DNA of 64,000 nucleotides from a virus (taxonomy: Duplodnaviria > Heunggongvirae > Uroviricota > Caudoviricetes), in IMG/VR virus record IMGVR_UViG_3300037466_002980, positions 170,811 to 234,810 of that record. One strand, written 5' to 3'. The notes beneath the pieces were generated by a model that worked only from the letters and a program-made list of their open reading frames with translations, had not been told where the DNA came from and made no database searches. Shown piece by piece: positions 57,201-64,000 of the stretch (positions are counted from its first letter, which is position 1; each line of letters begins with the position of its first letter). Both the position numbers and the translations under genes were made by a program.

Positions 57201-59050
57201 ATTACGGAGTGGACTATTTTGTAGAATATAACAATGATTCAACCTACACAATTTATTTCTTTGATGATCCTAGTGTTTCAGGAACCCCAGTTGCATTAGT
57301 CTGGTGGGATGCTGGTCAATTGTTAATAATGAATAATTATGAACCAAGAGGTGAACTTGCAAATGGTTTTGCCGAAGATGATTTTGTAATTGGTGTTGAT
57401 ACTAGATTACCTATTAATATATCAACTGGAAGTCGTACACCATATGTTGGATGGGGAGATGTCTGGGAGGCAGTATCGAGTCCTCTAGCCGATGTTATTA
57501 TTGCCAACGGTGGTACTACTGATATTCCCTGGGATGTTCCATTAGAAGCATTAATAACTCCAATAACTATTAGCTATCGAGAGAATCTCTATAAAGATGC
57601 TTCCTTTGTTAGAAATGCAACAGTCTATACAGGAAATCTTGTGTATGATTTGCCTGCACCGACAGCTGAAACATATAACCTCGATACTATAACAGTATTT
57701 GTTGATCCAGCAGATCATCCTAATACAGATATTCTTCCAGAACCTACTCTTATAACAAGTGTAATATGGATTCAAGGTGAAAGAATTGAATATAGAAAGA
57801 AGGAATTGGTTGCTCCAAATACATGGAAATTATCACTCTTAGTTAGAGGTTCTAATGGTACAGCAATCACAGATCATCCTGCATTAGTTCCAACAATATC
57901 CGATCCTGCGATATTAAAACCAAATCTAGTATTTGTTGAATTTGAAAATATTGTTACAACTGGAACTGCAGATACAGATGTATGGAATGCTGCAGGATTA
58001 CCAGCATCACCAGATTTAACAACAGAACAGAGTGTAGATCACTATACCAGTATTCAACAAGTTCCTGCGGGAGGAATGTGGTATTCAAGAACACCAGAAG
58101 CTATTTTCTTAATAACAGATCCTGGTGCATATTTTCCAGATGATCCTAGTTCGGCTTCCGTTACTGAAACTGCAGATGCAACCGATACATCAATCGGTGG
58201 AAGAGTATTATCAGATTCAGTAACTGAAACTACAATTCCAACCGAAACAGAGAGTGCCGGATTTGGATTTACAATAACTGAGTTTGCGTCACCTATTGAT
58301 ACTGAAGATGCAGCATATGGATTTGATATTACAGAGCCTGCTGTAGCAGATGATTCATTCTCTGTGACATGGATTTCGACTAATCCTATCATAGAGTCTG
58401 TATCAGCAACAGATTCAATTATTGGTATAAATTATAATCCGAATTATGGTTTCCAAACAACTTCAACGGGAACATTGAGTTTGTCAAATACAATCTGGAC
58501 AACTGCTTCTCTTGCAACTAATAAACTTGGATATGCAACAGGATCAGGTACTGTATCGCAAGTTAATATTCATGGAAGAAAAATATATTGCGAATTCCAA
58601 GTTACATCAAGACCAGGTAATTTCAGAAGCTTTGTTGGTGTAAGTAATAACGGTGCTAATCCAGGCGGATCTGGAAAAATGGCTATGTATTTCAGTAGCT
58701 CAGCATCCTCCACATATTCATCTTGGCCGGCAAAAGGACACGTTACTGGTACAACAGTAACCTCAGATAATACAATTTCCTGGGGAACTACAGATAGATT
58801 ATCAGTGGCAGTAGATGCATCTGGAAATACTATTAAACTCTGGGTTGGTAGTAACAATGTATGGTTCAATGGAAATCCAGCAACCGGTACAGGCGGTCTA
58901 AGTTTTAACGTTTCCGGCGGCGATAGAATATGGTTATACGGTGGAGTTTATTCAGCCGATAGTACCGGTTCGATGCAACTGCAAATGTTCCCAACAGCTG
59001 ATTTACAGTTCTACACACCACCAACCGGATTTAGTGTTTATGAGCCGTAA
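48245..59050 (+). CDS. giant 3601-aa baseplate/structural protein
   Basis: Uninterrupted ORF after the gp6-like gene; LP.VFQT...KKF N-terminus; KPYHT..R motif; modular C-terminus. Confidence 0.75.
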   Translation: MANYINRLPAVFQTTTEKKFFDATFDQVFSKKDSDLLAGYLGRRDPGEYNPISDFYIPEPTKNRTWWQLESTAYSLDTSGNKSNIFFYEDLLNKIQSLGGNILNQDRLFESKFYSFGPPIDYDMFINYQNYYWIDQYLPTIEITGVTASSIIGQPIFTTPNTATPPGLTLSTGMVISLLDDPDYSSPHLVENFGGCTGIQLVPKFPDFIAGTIFENLPWDGEIELSTGRIIDNRFWDATTWDTETQPGTGDYITIERGARDRNAWSRTNKWFHIDVINKVSELTGTSFPSNATRALRPIIQFIADLVLYKSGTQFRDEIDYGFRDNGIGNPLLFTDFNGKLAATLNSTYGINIVNGTSVVFFNDTTQITEDIHPWDTFNWDTVSWDSGNIETINQFIFIASIDNSGFVTFSPKTSYLTPIVEGDIVFIDADAPYNGALRGETWYYSNGTWQEAFNDKISINQPPLFQLYDHNSIPLDDSTAYPGSNFEGNKIFSYKVDTTPGATVDPVLGFPIIYTSLGQSSDIIFQNNLITDRYIYNNFKNIDGYYYYKKSTKPVLYNSWNLYDLCDCPTIIPTPPCNCIETSKQRVIDKYVVGFGSQYQFKLSATPVGYPGTSTHSPDIIVIVNGIEVKSSSEQTDGYGFVVVNDTVYVDLSIYLTNLLLTQQKQPPVVEIQTYTRDELDPAASGYFQIPQQLEANPSQLEVAEISGSNLIQHFTSIISNQIGFTGTAFGGSNNYRDSRKNRSIGSYILQNVAPILKSMLVSSTDDLDFITAERFSQDEYTKFKNKYISTSAQLINQSFNPVQYHTNSISITYWVDEIIKRLNISKEFSDAFAYSYMIATGTPTFTESHTVAGNSTVLLDNYIDLSDPKNILYVYEDNGSTTELLVIGQDYDIISTNLSIEVELKKGSSVGTFVFYLYQNPLPTYIPSTPTKLGLYNAYIPRKELDTSYAIPTYVIIGHDGSKTIAYGDYRDELLLDLEIRIYNNIQETFRNEYVPSASLVTVKSGYFRKTRYSVNDYLDITESYLNKWSAKNRVNYRINDWPTASTVTPVNELWKLYNYRNAVDTYGNSLNLPGNWKGIYQFYYDTYNPNTRPWEMLGFSEQPSWWIVEYGVPTINGLGELSWTSTSAGLHQMWQDLEDGIIRQGPRAVYDPITLNPVSIHEYARPGLLSIIPVDASGNLIPVPTLFNVAMSGNNYAPFDGFDEDWIYGDGGPVEQAWMSTSGYAFSVQEFIFLTRPGPFGEYSWDTLGTSVSPGTFTIPGIEGPVQSLLNWQYVQNDLYSSTDTFFAWMRPKNKDQNVHAETIDGIIQVRFGYQAWISDRLLFLGKDITDNFGQKVRTLDVNLANKLAGFTNKDTTTNYIESVTPGATTNTLAIPSIDFQVILHKGPPVKTYAYSGVIIRALSDGAFAVYGYDLLNSEFIIQDRSNNQLIDVTVGATPAEFRYFNVGDTYNVGDIVRYNGVYYQSLITQTVTSFVSTNWKKLPGLPNIGGISVSYKPISASTTTKIPYGYVMSTVQEVFDFLIGWGAWLESQGWQFENVNQDTAQVEDWLFSAKQFLFWLNSSWAPDASIQLSPIANSATLIVDTGYPDDVETLNNGVYSILDKYGVAIAPNNTTIDRDGKSITVSPNDVSVGGIYFLQVTASETEHILIFNNTTSFNDIVYSPLLRARQQRLRFNGFRSNGWYGKMEAPGYLVIDNQLVPNYDTIVDNMRYYYDPNLVIDNPSLEELGRHLIGYENKSYLDNLQVSDNIQYLFYQGSIRQKGTKQALEKLFRSTKIQINEIIEIYEEWALKLGNFGNTIEQVSTEFKLTPEQNSGEVIVSRLNFVPSSIGFVKEIRILNAQNIYTSLPVISIAAPDATPDVPWTVFSPSATYAIGDVVKHNDTQGNAVYYSSNVAQGPSSFNSSNWTIILQTRQATAYAVLDTTGVITRVDIVDPGYGYLSAPAVKILVSNVEVVHDKLYSVWQGDIVKDTTLDNIIDIDIDETDVWTVRPPQPSYSLVFPTTSKIEYYTPSAGYVHFNDVDHYSFDIAQTAVNWGISNFNPIEGDSIWVAKNFINDWGVYKLVNISPETFDVWKDGNDELYLRTTQPYLITAQGSTIGDVTDFGNMIVLQVIEAQAEPVIASGSIQSIIVTKTGANYIVPPNVVITGDGTGAQAVAVINGGIVTEINITIPGTGYTTATITIDPPAEISGQDNFAVAFEFDRTQTLAQNDGLNYYSLLTLDGNPITSDNIPDYTNFTKLMLFKTLRFFTTPVVPSYLANTDKIWVDQVGTYPNVLWSVYTYNSPNLVLFRQQEKLIDTSLFENASIYDDNGNELIQLPIYDPYKGILPGPAKQNLTYIIETDPATYNVTPDPRLQSTSITFGPRQVGQLWWDISTSKFVYYEQPKALDNSETDTDNLVYRRDHWAMIAPGSSVDVYEWTESLNPPADYTGTGTPRDTTSFVQIVTANVLTGITEIKYYFWVLNKTDKPNLPNRTLTALDVSLLLQTPKSQGFSFFCPVQQTSTNNSYMFYNVQELLTYKGNNIQIQYRVAQRNDQEHTQWSFFREGDSTSLVTDQYWNKMVDSLCGYTKDLTISSEFGNGIIIDKNFPWNTTISNDPTQYTEILPVPDPMLSDGEKYGISFRPRQGMFIDVYAARKNFVYSANSLLQYIPIRDTNINWNTGISTDIYWKYVNWYKAGYENATPSIIYQQLSEAISALNAGLLQVGQIVEVINGTPDGRYILYVVTQPDPNVSILSLDQVGIENSAIQLLDTVYSSINKYSLSVELRQLLDAFRTTVMIDDYIVDQNELFFSMMNYVLSEQKNVDWMFKSSYIFIKENNLPLTKDTLFIPDQISNIVDFITDSKPYHTNVRDYTSTYTNTDMVSGTSSDNVKITSTVAFGPDFADASVTTQQVLLDAGQITDAVTQYVSGNPTPADFNPGTGNPWPNVYTIELTNYDPSKKGYSELYPYTFSFDSLNINNPQTFITPNNIVAVQIGTTILNYGVDYFVEYNNDSTYTIYFFDDPSVSGTPVALVWWDAGQLLIMNNYEPRGELANGFAEDDFVIGVDTRLPINISTGSRTPYVGWGDVWEAVSSPLADVIIANGGTTDIPWDVPLEALITPITISYRENLYKDASFVRNATVYTGNLVYDLPAPTAETYNLDTITVFVDPADHPNTDILPEPTLITSVIWIQGERIEYRKKELVAPNTWKLSLLVRGSNGTAITDHPALVPTISDPAILKPNLVFVEFENIVTTGTADTDVWNAAGLPASPDLTTEQSVDHYTSIQQVPAGGMWYSRTPEAIFLITDPGAYFPDDPSSASVTETADATDTSIGGRVLSDSVTETTIPTETESAGFGFTITEFASPIDTEDAAYGFDITEPAVADDSFSVTWISTNPIIESVSATDSIIGINYNPNYGFQTTSTGTLSLSNTIWTTASLATNKLGYATGSGTVSQVNIHGRKIYCEFQVTSRPGNFRSFVGVSNNGANPGGSGKMAMYFSSSASSTYSSWPAKGHVTGTTVTSDNTISWGTTDRLSVAVDASGNTIKLWVGSNNVWFNGNPATGTGGLSFNVSGGDRIWLYGGVYSADSTGSMQLQMFPTADLQFYTPPTGFSVYEP

Positions 59051-59079
59051 TTAGAATAAATAAATTGGGAGATAATTAT

Positions 59080-59229
59080 ATGATAAATAAAGAGAATAAC
59101 GCAGAACAACCAGAAAACGAAAAACCAGTAGAAACTGGTTTTATCGACACAGCTAAAATGGATGTTCAGTGTCATATCTTAATAAAAGATAAAGATACCG
59201 GTGAGGTATTAATAAATCAAAGGGGATAA
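59080..59229 (+). CDS. 49-aa small protein not in the ORF track
   Basis: GGGAG SD; MINKENNAEQ...HILIKDKDTGEVLINQRG*. Confidence 0.6.
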   Translation: MINKENNAEQPENEKPVETGFIDTAKMDVQCHILIKDKDTGEVLINQRG

Positions 59230-59230
59230 G

Positions 59231-60004
59231 ATGTTGGAGACAATTAAGTGCTCTATACAAGGCTTTGTAAAAATTACCGATAAAGATACAAAAGAAGTAT
59301 TAGTTGATACTCATAATGATGTCCTATATGGTAATATTTCTATGGCACTTGGTCATGCTCTTATAGGAAATCCTGATAGTTTCTTATATTATATGGCATT
59401 CGGAAATGGTGGTGCTTACATTGGCCCAACAGGATCTATTTTCTATAAGCCATCGCTCGGTGGTCCCGGTAGTTTGATAAAGAATCCAACGGCTAATTTA
59501 TATAATACCATTTATGTAAAGAAATTATCAAACGATGCAACAGACTCATCAATTTATAATAATCTTTCAAAAGCATATATTCCAACAGAAAATTATGCAA
59601 CCAATTATGAAGATATTATTGTTGATGTAACCATAGGTTATGGTGAACCACCAACTGGTCTTACACCATCAAACATAATTCAACAAACAACAATTGACAA
59701 TTCGACATTTGTCGGTACCAGTGTAACAACCAATACCGGAACTGCTACCACATTTGATCCGAATACTTTGGTTTTTAATGAAATTGGACTCTTTGCCGGT
59801 ACAAATAATTTATTTTCAGGAAATTTCACTTCGACAATTTCTGATGTTGATAATTTTATTACTCAAGGTGTAAATTTTTCAACAAATCCAGGAACGAAAT
59901 CCAAATTAATGTTAACCCATGTAGTATTTCATCCGGTCCAGAAATCAGCAAATAGAGCTTTAGAAATTGTCTATACGCTAAGAATCCAGATGGGGTCGGC
60001 ATGA
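59231..60004 (+). CDS. baseplate structural protein
   Basis: [26 protein letters not shown]...I.YTLRI. Confidence 0.7.
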   Translation: MLETIKCSIQGFVKITDKDTKEVLVDTHNDVLYGNISMALGHALIGNPDSFLYYMAFGNGGAYIGPTGSIFYKPSLGGPGSLIKNPTANLYNTIYVKKLSNDATDSSIYNNLSKAYIPTENYATNYEDIIVDVTIGYGEPPTGLTPSNIIQQTTIDNSTFVGTSVTTNTGTATTFDPNTLVFNEIGLFAGTNNLFSGNFTSTISDVDNFITQGVNFSTNPGTKSKLMLTHVVFHPVQKSANRALEIVYTLRIQMGSA

Positions 60005-60609
60005 TATTTTATGTTTATGCATATCTAAGAAGTAATGATTCTAATATCGGAAAGAAAGGAACTCCATACTATATAGGAAAAGGTAGGGAAAAAAGAGCCT
60101 ATGAGAAACATAAGAAAATTCCGGTTCCTACACGAGATTTTATAATTATATTAGAGAAGAATCTTACTGAAATTGGTGCATTGGCTATAGAACGTAGATT
60201 AATTAAATGGTGGGGAAGAAAGGATATAGGAACAGGCATTCTTCTAAATAGAACAGATGGTGGTGAAGGAACTTCCGGTACCGTACAATCGCAAGAAACA
60301 AGAAAGAAGAGATCCAACTCGCTAAAAGGCTGTGTTGGGCATACATTAGGGAAAGCACTTACAGAAGAGCATAAAGAAAAATTATCTAAGGCTAAAAAAG
60401 GAAAACCCGCAACATCAAAGGGTAAATTAGGTTATATCATGCCGCAAGAAGAAAAAGATAAAATTTCAATAGCTCAAAAAGGAATACCTAAACCAAAATT
60501 CTTATGCCCACATTGTGGAAAAAAAGCATCGATTGCTAGATTAACACAATGGCATTTCGATAAGTGTAAGAATCTGATAAATATTAGAAATAAGGATTTT
60601 AAAGTTTAA
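60001..60609 (+). CDS. GIY-YIG homing endonuclease with NUMOD3-like repeats and C-terminal CPHC
   Basis: [23 protein letters not shown]; paralog of 8903..9559. Confidence 0.9.
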   Translation: MIFYVYAYLRSNDSNIGKKGTPYYIGKGREKRAYEKHKKIPVPTRDFIIILEKNLTEIGALAIERRLIKWWGRKDIGTGILLNRTDGGEGTSGTVQSQETRKKRSNSLKGCVGHTLGKALTEEHKEKLSKAKKGKPATSKGKLGYIMPQEEKDKISIAQKGIPKPKFLCPHCGKKASIARLTQWHFDKCKNLINIRNKDFKV

Positions 60610-60611
60610 AA

Positions 60612-61181
60612 ATGGCATATTCAATTTATAAATCAGATGGAACAGCGGTTACCATACCAGATAATGCAATCGATACAACGTTCTACGATAGTAGTGGCGG
60701 TGGAGGATATGGACCGGGTAACGTACCTCAAGCAGGTCACGGATTAGGTCAACAACTTATTGGTCGAAATGCCGTTGATTATGGTGCTGCAATTGCCCAA
60801 AACTTTTTACAATTAACAGAAAATTTTTCTAGTTCAACTGTACCTAATGATACATTTGCACTTCAGGGACAGCTTTGGTTTAACCAGACCTCTACAACTA
60901 CCGGCGATCTATATGTTAGAGTTACAACAAATAACACGGGTGGAATTGCTAACTGGTCTAAAATCATTGTTCAAGATATATCGGGTAATTTAACAGTTTC
61001 CAACAATCTTATAGTTGGTGGAACAATTACAGCCGAAGGTGGACATCATGTACCGGTTGTTTTCGGTTCAGCACCCGGTCCTGGTGTAGCAGTTGATGGT
61101 GATATATTGGTTATCGGTTCTACAATTTCAATTTATGCCGGTGGAGCTTGGAGACAGGTATTCCCAGCTGTATATTCATAA
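60612..61181 (+). CDS. tail/baseplate structural protein
   Basis: LIGRN...YG..IAQNFL.L.ENF...P.....GQLW motif. Confidence 0.7.
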   Translation: MAYSIYKSDGTAVTIPDNAIDTTFYDSSGGGGYGPGNVPQAGHGLGQQLIGRNAVDYGAAIAQNFLQLTENFSSSTVPNDTFALQGQLWFNQTSTTTGDLYVRVTTNNTGGIANWSKIIVQDISGNLTVSNNLIVGGTITAEGGHHVPVVFGSAPGPGVAVDGDILVIGSTISIYAGGAWRQVFPAVYS

Positions 61182-61194
61182 TCGGAGTTAATAA

Positions 61195-62142
61195 ATGACA
61201 TATAGTACCGGTGGGAGTATTCAAGCAACCGATTATAATACTTTTGCAACCTTAACTGGTGGCATTAATGAAGTATTCGGTGATATGCATTCTGGTGCTA
61301 CCACTATAGGGGCATTTGCTGATTTTGGATATGGACAAACATCGACACTAACTTCTGTTAGTGCCGGAAATGCTATTCAAGCGTCTGAATGGGATGCTCT
61401 ATTTACAGCAATGAAAAATTGTGGTACACATCAAGGAACAACTGTTGTACCACCATTGCCATCTTCAAATCCAAATGTGGGAGATGCTATTACAGCTTTC
61501 AATTCTCCTACAGCATTTTCAACTATTATTACAAATCTAAGAAATAACAGAAAGAATGTTGCAGTTGGACAATCTACATTGATAGTGGGTTCTAATTTTA
61601 CACAACCTATTGCGGTTCAACCGTGGGTGAATACATTAACATTTGCTTATCAGGTTGATTTTGGATCATGGGATAATGCAAGGTATTTCTTTAATGCAGG
61701 CGGATATCTAGGGCTGAATGGATCTTATAGTCCATCAACAACACCAGATGATGCAGTTTGGGTGAGTATGTTAACAGCAATGAGTCCACTAGTTTTTAAT
61801 TGGACATCAACAACACCAAATAGTGGAACAGGTGGAACTGCAATTGGTTTTTATCAATTAACAACTACCTATCAAACAATTTATAACCATACATATGGAG
61901 TAGCCGGATCATATTCGAATAACTCTATTCAAGTTCAGGCCAAATATGATACAACAGCCGGCACCAATGGAAAGGTTGATTTCACAATCACATTAACTGA
62001 TTTAGATCCGACTGCAAGGCCAAACAAAGCTGGTACAACCGTGTATCATATTGATACCTCCAAAGCATCCGGTGCAATTACATATCCAGGAACAGTAAGC
62101 ATTGCTTCAGTTGGTGCAAATAGCGGATTTAGTAAGACTTAA
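61195..62142 (+). CDS. virion structural protein
   Basis: I.A.DYN, ARYFFNAGG motifs; T/G/S-rich. Confidence 0.7.
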   Translation: MTYSTGGSIQATDYNTFATLTGGINEVFGDMHSGATTIGAFADFGYGQTSTLTSVSAGNAIQASEWDALFTAMKNCGTHQGTTVVPPLPSSNPNVGDAITAFNSPTAFSTIITNLRNNRKNVAVGQSTLIVGSNFTQPIAVQPWVNTLTFAYQVDFGSWDNARYFFNAGGYLGLNGSYSPSTTPDDAVWVSMLTAMSPLVFNWTSTTPNSGTGGTAIGFYQLTTTYQTIYNHTYGVAGSYSNNSIQVQAKYDTTAGTNGKVDFTITLTDLDPTARPNKAGTTVYHIDTSKASGAITYPGTVSIASVGANSGFSKT

Positions 62143-62159
62143 TAACTCCTAAACAAAAT

Positions 62160-62202
62160 ACCTCCGTTAAAACTATAGATAAATAGCATAACGGAGGTTT
62201 TT
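62160..62202 (+). promoter_or_regulatory. hairpin/terminator with a late promoter in its loop and the SD in its 3' arm
   Basis: ACCTCCGTTA/TAACGGAGGT followed by TTTT; GATAAATA at 62178-62185. Confidence 0.65.
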
Positions 62203-62204
62203 CT

Positions 62205-62564
62205 ATGGAAGAAAGATTACAGAAAGCCCTTGAATTTGCTAACTATCGCCAAACCCTCAATAATCAATTACAGAAAGAAAAAATTAAAATCGAAGGCCTT
62301 TTAATATTCGCCAAGAATGGTGGATCATTTAAGGTTAATCAAGAATTAATTTGTTTCTTAGATTATTTAGATAGGACTGGACTCGAAGAAGCGGTATTGT
62401 TAGATAACAATAATAATCCAATTAAGATTAAAAATGTCAAGGAATTTTTAAAAGAAATTACAGCAAGGTATTTCGAAATAACAAACGATTATCTTCAGGA
62501 ATATCAAAAAATTAGAACATCAAGAAATGTTAAATCTATTTTAGATATTAAGGAAATTGAATGA
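62205..62564 (+). CDS. hypothetical protein
   Basis: GGAGG SD; 119 aa. Confidence 0.75.
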   Translation: MEERLQKALEFANYRQTLNNQLQKEKIKIEGLLIFAKNGGSFKVNQELICFLDYLDRTGLEEAVLLDNNNNPIKIKNVKEFLKEITARYFEITNDYLQEYQKIRTSRNVKSILDIKEIE

Positions 62565-63442
62565 CATCGGGAGTATTGATGTATGCACACAATAATAGTG
62601 AAATTGATTATTTCAAAATTGCTTGTGCAAATGCCTTAATGGTAAAAAGAAATCTTGGAAAAAATACAACACTGATTACAGATTCGGGGACTTATTCGTG
62701 GGGTAAGAAGAATCTCGGTGGAAAACTTATTAATGAATGTTTTGAACATATAATCGAGATTGATAGAAATTATAGTTTCGAAAATCCGCGTGGATTTCAA
62801 GATACTTCTCATACAACTAAAACACTTCAATTTTACAATTGTCATCACTGGAAGGCATATGAATTGTCGCCCTATGATGAAACTTTATTTATTGATTCAG
62901 ATTACCTAGTAATGAGTGATGCTCTTAATAAATGTTGGGATAGTGTTTATGATGTAATGATTAATAAGAAAATATATTCTCCTTATGAAACTATAAAAAT
63001 AAAATATTTAGATGATTTAGGAATAGAACTTTATTGGGCAACAGCAATTTTCTTTAGAAAATCGCCATTGGCAGAAACTTTATTTTTATTGGTAAAACAT
63101 ATTGAAGAAAACTATCAATACTATAAAGATTTATATGGTTTTAGGCAAGGAATGTATAGGAATGATAATGCATTCAGTATTGCAATTCATACATTAAATG
63201 GATTTAATTCAGTTAATAATATTGTTTCTGAATTACCAATTCCGGGATTATTAATGTCTTGGGATGTAAATGATATTAATCAAATCCATGGAATTAACGA
63301 TATTTCAATTTTCTCTGAAAAAGAAAATGAAAAAGGAAATTATTTGTTATCTAGATTTAAGAATACCGATATTCATATAATGAATAAATGGGCAATCAAC
63401 AGGCACTCAGATACTCTTATTTCTTTATATAGGAAAGCATAA
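62561..63442 (+). CDS. glycosyltransferase-like protein (GT-A fold, DxD)
   Basis: SPYDETLFIDSD, WAT..FF.K, RND.AFSIA, H.MNK. Confidence 0.65.
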   Translation: MTSGVLMYAHNNSEIDYFKIACANALMVKRNLGKNTTLITDSGTYSWGKKNLGGKLINECFEHIIEIDRNYSFENPRGFQDTSHTTKTLQFYNCHHWKAYELSPYDETLFIDSDYLVMSDALNKCWDSVYDVMINKKIYSPYETIKIKYLDDLGIELYWATAIFFRKSPLAETLFLLVKHIEENYQYYKDLYGFRQGMYRNDNAFSIAIHTLNGFNSVNNIVSELPIPGLLMSWDVNDINQIHGINDISIFSEKENEKGNYLLSRFKNTDIHIMNKWAINRHSDTLISLYRKA

Positions 63443-64000
63443 TGTCAAGAGGATATCTAATCTTAGCGCAAAATAATAGAAAAGATGATTATCTTAGAAT
63501 GGCATATGCTCTGGGATTGAGTATTAAAAATTCACAATCTAAATATTCATCTATCGCACTTGCAACAGATACGCCACCATCTAAGCTCACTGATAAGCAA
63601 TATGATTTATTCGATCATATTGTTGATATTCCATGGACAGATCATGCATCATCATCAAAATGGAAGATTGAAAACAAATGGAAATATTATTATATGTCTC
63701 CGTTTGATGAAACAATTGTACTTGACGCCGATATGTTATTTCCATCAGATATAAGTTATTGGTGGGATATTTTATCTAGTAAAGAAATGTGGATTGCCAA
63801 TAAACCAAAAACGTTTCGAAATGAGACTATTACCTCAACCAAATACAGGCAAACTTTTGTTTCTAATAATCTCCCTAATGTTTATACTGCATTTATGTAT
63901 TTTAAGAAAACCAGGCTAACAGCTGAAGTTTTTAAAATGACGGAATTAATTTTTGAAAATTGGGAAAGATTTTATTATGAATTTCTCGATGAAACACGTC
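63442..64000 (+). CDS. glycosyltransferase-like paralog, runs off the window edge
   Basis: Manual translation MSRGYLILAQNN...SPFDETIVLDADML...LPNVYTAFMYFKK. Confidence 0.65.
   Translation, partial: MSRGYLILAQNNRKDDYLRMAYALGLSIKNSQSKYSSIALATDTPPSKLTDKQYDLFDHIVDIPWTDHASSSKWKIENKWKYYYMSPFDETIVLDADMLFPSDISYWWDILSSKEMWIANKPKTFRNETITSTKYRQTFVSNNLPNVYTAFMYFKKTRLTAEVFKMTELIFENWERFYYEFLDETR

Noticed and set aside
48245-59050. Intein or intron explaining the giant ORF
   Set aside because: No intein splice-junction or LAGLIDADG motifs were noticed; the length is accounted for by structural modules
1-64000. CRISPR array
   Set aside because: No run of equal-length direct repeats with unique spacers was seen; repeats are tRNA motifs or coding repeats

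Overview
A 64 kb segment of an AT-rich jumbo myophage with distantly T4-like structural and replication genes, standard genetic code. (1) 1-8.9 kb is a minus-strand tRNA array. It holds 23 canonical CCA-ending tRNAs covering all 20 amino acids (if the CAT tRNA is Met), several aberrant tRNA-like RNAs, structured spacers and small ORFs. (2) 8.9-29.5 kb holds neck, tail-completion, fibre, capsid, scaffold, protease, portal, tape-measure and hub-assembly genes. (3) 29.5-30.2 kb is a structured non-coding region. (4) 30.2-36.7 kb holds endolysin, resolvase, QueC-like, HNH, gp46, ClpS, gp47 and gp55. (5) 36.7-64 kb is a baseplate/tail operon with a 3601-aa protein, followed by glycosyltransferase-like genes. 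Two candidates for undescribed biology stand out. First, a putative ribosome-dependent attenuator heads the tRNA array. It has a sigma70 promoter, a 49-aa leader ORF (8331-8480, missing from the ORF track) containing all 20 amino acids within 27 codons, a perfect 15-bp antiterminator and an overlapping intrinsic terminator. This suggests the array switches on when any host tRNA fails. Second, four tRNA-derived RNAs share a conserved helix plus C(A/G)GCA motif and occur in three topologies: circularly permuted, normal CCA-ended and minimal. Nearby is a small RNA displaying two anticodon arms. All calls come from manual reading of the sequence; no database searches or folding programs were run.
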